Source: Angustibacter luteus
GTDB taxonomy: Bacteria > Actinomycetota > Actinomycetes > Actinomycetales > Angustibacteraceae
Reading direction: 5' to 3'
Length of the DNA stretch: 20,000 nt
NCBI RefSeq assembly: GCF_039541115.1
Contig: NZ_BAABFP010000007.1
Location: forward strand, 606,584-626,583
Shown: positions 1 through 6,922 of the stretch, one piece after another
Layout of the letters: the number at the start of each line of letters is the position of its first letter
Numbering within the stretch: the stretch's first letter is position 1
The notes under the pieces: model-generated
Database searches by the model: none
What the model saw: the letters and a program-made list of their open reading frames with translations, nothing else
What the model was told of the DNA's origin: nothing
Program-made: the position numbers and the translations under genes

Positions 1-788
1 CGGGGCTGTCCGACGTGTTCGCCCGGTACGCCTGCGACCACCTGTTCAGCCAGGTCGACGAGCTCGGCACCCGGGACGGCTCGAACCTGACGGTGGACGG
101 CTACGAGTTCGCGCCGTCGTTCTCGATCTGGACGACGATCGAGGAGTGCCTGAACCCGCCCGTGGTGTGGGAGGCCGACCGCGGCTGGTTCACCACGGCG
201 CCGTTCAGCGAGCCCGAGGTCTTCGACTTCCCGGACGGCATCGGTCCCGTGGAGTGCGTGAACGTGGAGCACGAGGAGGTGCTGCTGATGCCGCGCTGGC
301 TCGACGCGAAGCGAGTCACGTTCAAGTACGGGCTGGGCGAGGAGTTCATCGACGTCCTGCGCACGCTGCACAAGCTGGGACTCGACTCGACCGAGCCCGT
401 GCGGGTCGGTGGGGTGCAGGTCAGCCCGCGGGACGTCGTCGCCGCGTGCCTGCCGGACCCGGCGGGGCTGGGGGACCGGATGCACGGCAAGACCTGCGCC
501 GGGCTGTGGGTCACGGGCACCGGGACGGACGGGCAGCCGCGCGAGGTGTACCTCTACCACGTCGTCGACAACGACTGGTCGATGCAGGAGTACGGCGCGC
601 AGTGCGTGGTGTGGCAGACCGCGGTCAACCCCGTGGTCGCGCTCGAGCTGCTCGCGACGGGCGCGTGGTCCGGGTCGGGTGTGCTCGGTCCCGAGGCCTT
701 CGACGCCGTGCCGTTCCTGGACCTGCTCCGCGACGGCTACGGGTCACCGTGGGGGCTGCGCGAGCAGACCCCGGGCCCAGCCAGCTAG
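1..788 (+). CDS. Saccharopine dehydrogenase family / carboxy(nor)spermidine dehydrogenase-like oxidoreductase, 5'-truncated by the window edge
   Basis: Frame is open from base 3 (GLSDVFARYA...). Recognisable C-terminal motifs FSIWTTIEECLNP, VEHEEV, TFKYGL and GVLGPEAFD. TAG stop overlaps the gabT stop (CTAG 785-788). Confidence 0.8.
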   Translation, partial: GLSDVFARYACDHLFSQVDELGTRDGSNLTVDGYEFAPSFSIWTTIEECLNPPVVWEADRGWFTTAPFSEPEVFDFPDGIGPVECVNVEHEEVLLMPRWLDAKRVTFKYGLGEEFIDVLRTLHKLGLDSTEPVRVGGVQVSPRDVVAACLPDPAGLGDRMHGKTCAGLWVTGTGTDGQPREVYLYHVVDNDWSMQEYGAQCVVWQTAVNPVVALELLATGAWSGSGVLGPEAFDAVPFLDLLRDGYGSPWGLREQTPGPAS

Positions 789-2146
789 TCGCCGGCGACC
801 GCGGACTCGAGGACGTCGAGCGCCTCGGCCAGCAGGGCGTCGTCGATCACCAGCGGGGGCAGGAAGCGCAGCACGTTGCCGAAGGTGCCGCAGGTGAGCG
901 TCAGCACACCCTGCTGGTGGCAGGCAGCGCTGATCCGGGCGGCCTCGGCCGGGTCGGGGTCGGTGCTGCCGGGCACGACCAGCTCGATGGCGACCATCGC
1001 GCCGCGGCCCCGGACGTCGCCGATCTGCGCGTGCTGACCGGCCAGTGCGGAGAGCCGGTCCAGCATCGTCCGACCGATGGCGGCGGCACGGCCCGCCAGG
1101 TCGTCCTCCTCGAGCGACTCCAGGGCGCCCAGCGCCGCGGCGCAGGCGACCGGGTTGCCGCCGTAGGTGCCACCGAGGCCGCCGGCGTGCACCGCGTCCA
1201 TCAGCTCGGCGCGGCCGGTGACCGCAGCGAGCGGCAGGCCCCCCGCGATGCCCTTGGCGGTCGTGATCAGGTCCGGCACCACGCCCTCGTCGTCGCATGC
1301 GAACAGCGTGCCGGTCCGGCCGAACCCGGTCTGGATCTCGTCGGCGACGAAGACGATGCCGTTCTCGGTGCACCACTGCGCGATGGCCGGCAGGAAGCCC
1401 GGCGCCGGGACGACGAAGCCGCCCTCGCCCTGGATCGGCTCGATCACGACGGCGGCGACCTCGTCGGCGCCCACCTGCTTGTCGATGACCGAGATCGCGC
1501 GACGCGCGGCCTCCGCGCCGCTGATCGGCACCGGCTCGCGGAACGGGTAGCTCATCGGGGCCCGGTAGACCTCGCCCGCGAACGGGCCGAAGCCGTGCTT
1601 GTACGGCATGGACTTCGCCGTCATGGCCATCGTGAGGTTGGTGCGGCCGTGGTAGGCGTGGTCGAAGACGACCACGGCGTCGCGGCCGGTGGCCACCCGG
1701 GCGATCTTGACCGCGTTCTCCACCGCCTCGGCGCCGGAGTTGAACAGCGCCGACTTCTTCGCGTGGTCGCCGGGGGTGAGCCGGGCCAGCGCCTCGCAGA
1801 CCGCGACGTAGCCCTCGTACGGGGTGACCATGAAGCAGGTGTGGGTGAACTGCTGCACCTGCTCGGTGACCCGGGCGACGACCCGCGGGTTGGCGTTGCC
1901 CACGTTGACCACGGCGATGCCCGAGCCCAGGTCGATCAGCGAGTTGCCGTCGACGTCCTGCAGCACGCCACCACCGGCGCGGGCGATGTAGACCGGCAGG
2001 GTGGTCCCGACGCCGTCGGCGACTGCCGCCTGCTTGCGCGCGTGCAGCGCACGCGAGCGCGGCCCGGGGATCTCGGTCAGCAGCTCGCGGCGCTGAGGAA
2101 CTCCGTCGGCGACGGCGGGGGACGTGGACTCGCGCAGGTCGGTCAT
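785..2146 (-). CDS. gabT: 4-aminobutyrate aminotransferase (class III PLP-dependent)
   Basis: Motifs NSGAEAVENA, AYHGRT, IEPIQGEGG, DEIQTGFGRTG, TAKGIAGG (PLP lysine) and GGTYGGNP. Start taken at ATG 2146 (MTDLRES...), 453 aa. The ORF-track extension to 3904 is the antisense shadow of gabD. Confidence 0.92.
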   Translation of the reverse strand: MTDLRESTSPAVADGVPQRRELLTEIPGPRSRALHARKQAAVADGVGTTLPVYIARAGGGVLQDVDGNSLIDLGSGIAVVNVGNANPRVVARVTEQVQQFTHTCFMVTPYEGYVAVCEALARLTPGDHAKKSALFNSGAEAVENAVKIARVATGRDAVVVFDHAYHGRTNLTMAMTAKSMPYKHGFGPFAGEVYRAPMSYPFREPVPISGAEAARRAISVIDKQVGADEVAAVVIEPIQGEGGFVVPAPGFLPAIAQWCTENGIVFVADEIQTGFGRTGTLFACDDEGVVPDLITTAKGIAGGLPLAAVTGRAELMDAVHAGGLGGTYGGNPVACAAALGALESLEEDDLAGRAAAIGRTMLDRLSALAGQHAQIGDVRGRGAMVAIELVVPGSTDPDPAEAARISAACHQQGVLTLTCGTFGNVLRFLPPLVIDDALLAEALDVLESAVAGD

Positions 2147-2293
2147 GGCTCGCAGACTAGCCACGAGGCCGACCGGCCCGCACCGCCAGAGTGCGGCCCA
2201 CGGGCCCGGACGGCTGACAGTGTGACGCCCGACCCACCCGTGCGCTGGACTAGCGTCGAGCCGCGACCACCCGACCACCCGAAGGAGCCCGCG
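2147..2293. promoter_or_regulatory. Divergent gabT/gabD promoter region
   Basis: Minus-strand TAGTCT (2154-2159) lies 7 nt before the gabT ATG (leaderless geometry). Plus-strand TAGCGT (2251-2256) lies upstream of the gabD RBS. Confidence 0.5.
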
Positions 2294-3757
2294 GTGACCC
2301 AGCAGGACGAGCGACGCGTCGTCGAGGCCGTACCCCAGGGCCTGTTCATCGGCGGTCAGTGGCGGCCGGCGTCCGACGGCGCCGAGCTGAAGGTGCTCGA
2401 CCCCTCCACCGAAGAGGTGCTGACCACCGTCGCCGACGCCTCGGTGGCCGACGGCCGCGAGGCGCTGGACGCTGCGGTTGCCGCGCAGGCGGGGTGGGCC
2501 GCCACGCCGCCGCGCGACCGCGGCGAGATCCTGCGCGCGGCCTACGAGAAGGTCACCGAGCGCGCGGAGGACCTCGCGCTGCTGATGACGCTCGAGATGG
2601 GCAAGCCGCTGAAGGAGGCGCTGGGCGAGATCACCTACGGCGCCGAGTTCTTCCGGTGGTTCTCCGAGGAGGCCGTGCGCATCTCCGGTCGCTGGTCGAC
2701 GGCCCCGAACGGCGCCACCCGGCTGCTCACCATGAAGCAGCCCGTGGGGCCGTGCCTGATGATCACGCCCTGGAACTTCCCGCTCGCGATGGGCACCCGC
2801 AAGATCGGCCCCGCCATCGCGGCCGGCTGCACGATGGTGGTCAAGCCGGCGTCCCAGACCCCGCTGACCATGTACGCGCTCGCCCAGATCCTCACCGAGT
2901 GCGGGCTGCCGGACGGCGTCCTCAACGTGGTGACGACGTCCCACACCGGCGACGTGATGGAGCCGCTGATCCGCGACCCCCGGCTGCGCAAGCTGACCTT
3001 CACCGGGTCCACGCCGGTCGGCCGCCGGCTGGTCGAGCAGTCGGCCGAGGGCCTGCTGCGGGTGTCGATGGAGCTCGGTGGGAACGCCCCGTTCATCGTC
3101 TTCGGCGACGCCGACCTGGACCGCGCCGTGGACGGCGCCATGCTCGCCAAGATGCGCAACATCGGCGAGGCCTGCACCGCGGCGAACCGGTTCATCGTGC
3201 ACGAGTCGGTCTCGGCCGAGTTCTCCGCCCGGCTGGCCGAGCGGATGGGCGCGCTCACCGTCGGTCGGGGGACCGAGGACGGCGTGGACGTCGGTCCGCT
3301 GATCGACGGCACCCAGCGGGACAAGGTGGCCGAGCTCGTCCAGGACGCCGTCGACCTCGGGGGCAAGGTCCTCACCGGTGGGGGAGCACTGGACGGCAAG
3401 GGCTTCTACTTCGCGCCCACCGTGCTGGGCGACGTCCCGACCCAGGCGCGGGTCTTCGGCGAGGAGATCTTCGGCCCGGTCGCGCCGATCACCACCTTCG
3501 CCACGGACGACGAGGCGCTGGCGCTGGCCAACGACACCGAGTACGGGCTGATCGCCTACGCCTTCACCCGCGACCTGGCCCGAGCCCTCGCCGTCGCCGA
3601 GGGCCTGGAGACCGGCATGGTCGGGATCAACGCGGGGGTGGTGTCCAACCCGGCGGCGCCGTTCGGCGGCGTCAAGGCCAGCGGGTTCGGTCGCGAGGGC
3701 GGCGCCGAGGGCATCGAGGAGTACCTCGAGACCAAGTACGTCGGCATCGCCCCCTGA
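2294..3757 (+). CDS. gabD: NAD(P)-dependent succinate-semialdehyde dehydrogenase
   Basis: Aldehyde dehydrogenase motifs ITPWNFP, FTGST, MELGGNAP, GEAC (catalytic Cys), EEIFGPV and PFGGVKASG. AAGGAG RBS at 2282-2287 before GTG 2294. Divergent from gabT. Confidence 0.92.
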   Translation: MTQQDERRVVEAVPQGLFIGGQWRPASDGAELKVLDPSTEEVLTTVADASVADGREALDAAVAAQAGWAATPPRDRGEILRAAYEKVTERAEDLALLMTLEMGKPLKEALGEITYGAEFFRWFSEEAVRISGRWSTAPNGATRLLTMKQPVGPCLMITPWNFPLAMGTRKIGPAIAAGCTMVVKPASQTPLTMYALAQILTECGLPDGVLNVVTTSHTGDVMEPLIRDPRLRKLTFTGSTPVGRRLVEQSAEGLLRVSMELGGNAPFIVFGDADLDRAVDGAMLAKMRNIGEACTAANRFIVHESVSAEFSARLAERMGALTVGRGTEDGVDVGPLIDGTQRDKVAELVQDAVDLGGKVLTGGGALDGKGFYFAPTVLGDVPTQARVFGEEIFGPVAPITTFATDDEALALANDTEYGLIAYAFTRDLARALAVAEGLETGMVGINAGVVSNPAAPFGGVKASGFGREGGAEGIEEYLETKYVGIAP

Positions 3758-3768
3758 CATCCCCGGCG

Positions 3769-3891
3769 TCACCCGTTCGGCCCAATCGCTCGGCGTGTCG
3801 GTGGCTGGCTGCCCGGGAAAGTCGAAGTTCCCGTGCTGGACTAGTCCGTTCGGGTGCATTCGGGTCCGATCGCACTGACCCGAACGGGTGA
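3769..3891. promoter_or_regulatory. Three related 16-bp palindromic operator-like sites resembling the BldM box TCACcCgnncGgGTGA
   Basis: TCACCCGTTCGGCCCA (3769-3784), TAGTCCGTTCGGGTGC (3842-3857) and TGACCCGAACGGGTGA (3876-3891; one mismatch to the consensus). Confidence 0.5.
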
Positions 3892-4011
3892 GATGCTCAC
3901 CCACAGGTAGTGAGTTTCGGTAACTTCCTGCGACGTGACGCTGCGTGCGGCTTCAATCGCTCACAGCGATACAGCCCGCCCGGGGCTGCCCCGCATCGCT
4001 GAGGAGTGCCG

Positions 4012-4116
4012 ATGAAGAAGAAGTCCCCTGTCAGCGCGGTCGTTCGCCTCAGTGCGGGCGTGCTCCCCGTGATCACCCTGGTGTCGGTGCTCGGCGCCGG
4101 CTCCAAGTGGTGGTGA
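4012..4116 (+). CDS. 34-aa small peptide, signal-peptide-like precursor (MKKKSPVSAVVRLSAGVLPVITLVSVLGAGSKWW)
   Basis: GAGGAG RBS at 4001-4006, 5 nt before the ATG. Basic N-terminus, hydrophobic core and GSKWW tail. Absent from the ORF track because of its size. Confidence 0.8.
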   Translation: MKKKSPVSAVVRLSAGVLPVITLVSVLGAGSKWW

Positions 4117-4175
4117 TCGCCGTGCTGACGCGCAGCGAAGACACGCAGTACCTGCCCGGTTACAAGTGGGTCTAG
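4113..4175 (+). CDS. Putative 20-aa peptide (MIAVLTRSEDTQYLPGYKWV)
   Basis: GTG start overlaps the upstream TGA (GTGA). Ends in the same G-x-K-W-x-stop pattern as the upstream peptide. Third codon positions are mostly G/C. Confidence 0.45.
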   Translation: MIAVLTRSEDTQYLPGYKWV

Positions 4176-4197
4176 GGCCTCGCGCCCGCTGACACCC

Positions 4198-6363
4198 ATG
4201 AAGCGACCCTCGCCCCTCGCGCTCTACGTCGCCTGCGTCGCCCTGCTGGGCGCGCTCGTGGCGGCGTGGAGCCTGTGGGGTGTCGGTCTCGCGGAGCTGG
4301 CCCGTACCGCCCCGAACCCGGTGTGGTTCCTGGCGGTCGGGCTGGTTCTGGGCGAGCTCATGCCGATCCCCGTGGCCCGCGGGGACGACGAGACGTCCAA
4401 CGTCACGATGTCGACCACCTTCGCCGTGGCGCTGGTGACCACCGGACCCTTCGCCCTGCTCCTGCTGGTGCACACCATGGCCGTCGCGATCGACGACCTG
4501 CGCACCCGCCGGAGCGTGGCCAAGGTGCTGTTCAACTTCGGCCAGTACGCCGTGTCGTTGGCCGCCGCCCGCGCGGCGTTCTGCGTCATCACCGGCACGA
4601 GCTTCCACGCCGGCTACACCCCGCTGGACGCCAGCGAGCTGCCCGCGGCCCTCGTCGCGGGCTTCACGTTCATCATGCTCAACAACGGTCTCGTCGCCGT
4701 CGTCGTCGCCCTGGCCACCCGCCAGCCGGTGCTGGCGATGCTGCGCGAGGACCTCGCATTCAAGCTCGAGACGTCCAGCGTGCTGCTCGGCCTGGCGCCG
4801 GTCGCCGCCGTGCTCGCCGAGATGAGCGGCTGGCTCCTACCCCTGCTCGCGCTGCCTGTCCTGGCGGTCCGCCGCTCCGCGGCGCTGGCCGTGGCCCGGC
4901 AGTCCCAGGCCCTGCGCGACGCCCTGACCGGACTGGGCAACCGCGAGCTCTTCTTCGGCCGCGCCGAGCGCATGCTCGCCGCCTACGAGCGCACCGAGAG
5001 TCCCTTCGCGGTGCTGATGATCGACCTCGACCACTTCAAGGACATCAACGACACGCTCGGCCACCAGGTCGGTGACCGGGTCATCCAGACGGTCGGTGCC
5101 CGCATCGCGCACGCCGGCGGCCCCGACGGCTGCGTCGCCCGGCTCGGTGGCGACGAGTTCGCCATCACCATCCCCGGCGTGGACGTCGCGCAGGCGAGCG
5201 CCGCCGCCGAGACGCTGCTGTCCGACATCGTCCGTCCGCTGCACGTCGGCGGCATCCGGATGGTCATCCACGCCAGCGTCGGCATCGCCATGGCCGAGCC
5301 CGGCGTCGACGTCACCACGCTGATGCAGCGGGCGGACATCGCCCTCTACGAGGCCAAGCGGGACCGCGCCCGGTGGTGCCTGTACGACGTCCAGTCCTCG
5401 ACGGCGACCCCCGAGCGCCTCGGGCTGCTCGCCGACCTGCGCGACGCGATCGACCTGCGGCAGATCTCCGTGCACTTCCAGCCGCAGGTCGCGCTCAACG
5501 GCGGCCGCGTCTTCGGCGCCGAGGCGCTCGCGCGCTGGGACCACCCCGAGCGCGGCTCGGTCGCGCCCGAGGAGTTCATCGCCCTGGCCGAGCACGCCGG
5601 GCTCATCGACCAGGTGACCGACATCGTCCTCGAGGAGTCGCTGGACGCGCTGGCCAGCTGGTCCCAGATGGGCATCGCCGCCCGCGTCTCGGTGAACCTG
5701 TCGGCCCGGCAGCTGGCCGACCTGGGGCTGCCCGAGCGGTTGCGTGACGCGTTGCGCCGGCACGGTGTCTCGCCGGGCCAGCTGACCGCGGAGGTGACCG
5801 AGGGCAGCATCATGGGCGACCCCCGGCGGGCCGCGCAGGTGCTGCACGAGCTCCGCCAGGAGGGCATCCGGATCGCCGTCGACGACTTCGGCACCGGCTA
5901 CTCCTCGCTGGCCTACCTGCAGCGCCTGGACCTCGACGAGCTGAAGATCGACCGCAGCTTCGTGCAGTCGATGGGCGCCGTCTCGCGGGACGACGTGCTC
6001 GTCCGCTCGATCATCGAGCTCGCGCACAACCTCGGCCTGTCGGTGGTCGCCGAGGGCGTCGAGACCCCGGGGCAGGTCGAACGACTGCGCGAGCTGCAGT
6101 GCGACGCCGCCCAGGGCTACCACCTCGGTCGGCCGATGGACCGCGAGATGATGACCGCCTGGCTGCGTCGCGACACCATGCTCGAGCCCCTGCGGCTGCC
6201 CGAGGAGGACCACAGCGAGGACACCCTGCACGGTCTCGTGCAGGGGCTGGCCCACCTCGAGCCGTTCGGCCCGGCCGAGGCCGTGCCCGCCGTCCCGGCG
6301 ACCGGTCGGTCCGGCAAGCCGACCCACCTGCGCGCCGTCCGGTCCGGACAGGGAACGGCGTGA
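4198..6363 (+). CDS. Membrane-anchored diguanylate cyclase/phosphodiesterase (multi-TM N-terminal domain + GGDEF + EAL)
   Basis: About 230 aa hydrophobic N-terminus. GGDEF motifs DALTGLGNR, DLDHFKDINDTLGH and RLGGDEF (GGDEF at 5146-5160). EAL at 5521-5529, followed by DDFGTGYSS, LKIDRSF, VAEGVE and QGY. Confidence 0.95.
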   Translation: MKRPSPLALYVACVALLGALVAAWSLWGVGLAELARTAPNPVWFLAVGLVLGELMPIPVARGDDETSNVTMSTTFAVALVTTGPFALLLLVHTMAVAIDDLRTRRSVAKVLFNFGQYAVSLAAARAAFCVITGTSFHAGYTPLDASELPAALVAGFTFIMLNNGLVAVVVALATRQPVLAMLREDLAFKLETSSVLLGLAPVAAVLAEMSGWLLPLLALPVLAVRRSAALAVARQSQALRDALTGLGNRELFFGRAERMLAAYERTESPFAVLMIDLDHFKDINDTLGHQVGDRVIQTVGARIAHAGGPDGCVARLGGDEFAITIPGVDVAQASAAAETLLSDIVRPLHVGGIRMVIHASVGIAMAEPGVDVTTLMQRADIALYEAKRDRARWCLYDVQSSTATPERLGLLADLRDAIDLRQISVHFQPQVALNGGRVFGAEALARWDHPERGSVAPEEFIALAEHAGLIDQVTDIVLEESLDALASWSQMGIAARVSVNLSARQLADLGLPERLRDALRRHGVSPGQLTAEVTEGSIMGDPRRAAQVLHELRQEGIRIAVDDFGTGYSSLAYLQRLDLDELKIDRSFVQSMGAVSRDDVLVRSIIELAHNLGLSVVAEGVETPGQVERLRELQCDAAQGYHLGRPMDREMMTAWLRRDTMLEPLRLPEEDHSEDTLHGLVQGLAHLEPFGPAEAVPAVPATGRSGKPTHLRAVRSGQGTA

Positions 6364-6367
6364 TCCG

Positions 6368-6910
6368 GTGCTGGTCGCCGCGCTCGTAGCGCTCGCCGTC
6401 CTGACCGTCCCGCTCAGCGGTGGTCGGTGGTCCGCGCTGGGCTCGCTCCGGTTGCGACACAGCTGGTTGCTGTGGATGGCGCTGCTCGGTCAGGTGCTGG
6501 CCCTCGAGGGGCCCGACCTGGGTGGTTGGGCCGCTCTGCTGCACGTCGGCACGTACCTGCTGGCGGGCGCCTTCGTCGTCCTCAACCGCGCCATCCCGGG
6601 CCTCTGGCTGATCGCGGCCGGCGGCTTCCTCAACGGCATCACCATCGCGCTGAACGACGGGACGCTGCCGGCGTCGGCGCACGCGCTGCGCGCCGCCGGG
6701 CTGCCGGCCGACCACCACCAGTTCGTGAACTCGGGCGTGGTCGGCGGAGCGCACCTGCCGTGGCTCGGCGACGTGTTCGCCTGGCCACAGCCGCTGCCGC
6801 TGGCCAACGTGTTCAGCGTGGGCGACGTCCTGCTGGTCGTGGGGGCGTTCTGGGCGATCCACCGGCTGGCCCGGCGCAGCCCGGCCGAGCCGCAGGTCGC
6901 CCTCGCGTGA
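6368..6910 (+). CDS. DUF5317-like integral membrane protein
   Basis: 180 aa, multi-TM. The pattern N...G..LN...I..N.G.(M/L)P...WLGD.F...NVFSVGD matches my recollection of DUF5317. Starts 4 nt after the GGDEF-EAL stop. Confidence 0.75.
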   Translation: MLVAALVALAVLTVPLSGGRWSALGSLRLRHSWLLWMALLGQVLALEGPDLGGWAALLHVGTYLLAGAFVVLNRAIPGLWLIAAGGFLNGITIALNDGTLPASAHALRAAGLPADHHQFVNSGVVGGAHLPWLGDVFAWPQPLPLANVFSVGDVLLVVGAFWAIHRLARRSPAEPQVALA

Positions 6911-6922
6911 CACGCTGACCGC

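Noticed and set aside
146..3904. Giant ORFs 146..3757 (+, 1203 aa) and 785..3904 (-, 1039 aa) as fusion proteins
   Set aside because: The extensions are stop-free antisense shadows of gabT and gabD, typical of high-GC DNA. The real starts are at 2294 (with RBS) and 2146.
3760..4011. c-di-GMP riboswitch upstream of the GGDEF-EAL gene
   Set aside because: I could not find the class I (GEMM) or class II consensus features by eye. An Rfam/Infernal scan would settle it.
3945..4175. 76-aa ORF from the track as the real gene
   Set aside because: No RBS, and it overlaps the better-supported 34-aa ORF in another frame. Only its last 20 codons are retained as a candidate.
4012..4197. Trp-Trp leader peptide as a trpL-type attenuator
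   Set aside because: No terminator hairpin with U-tract follows, downstream genes are unrelated to tryptophan, and the peptide has a signal/TM architecture. Not formally excluded.
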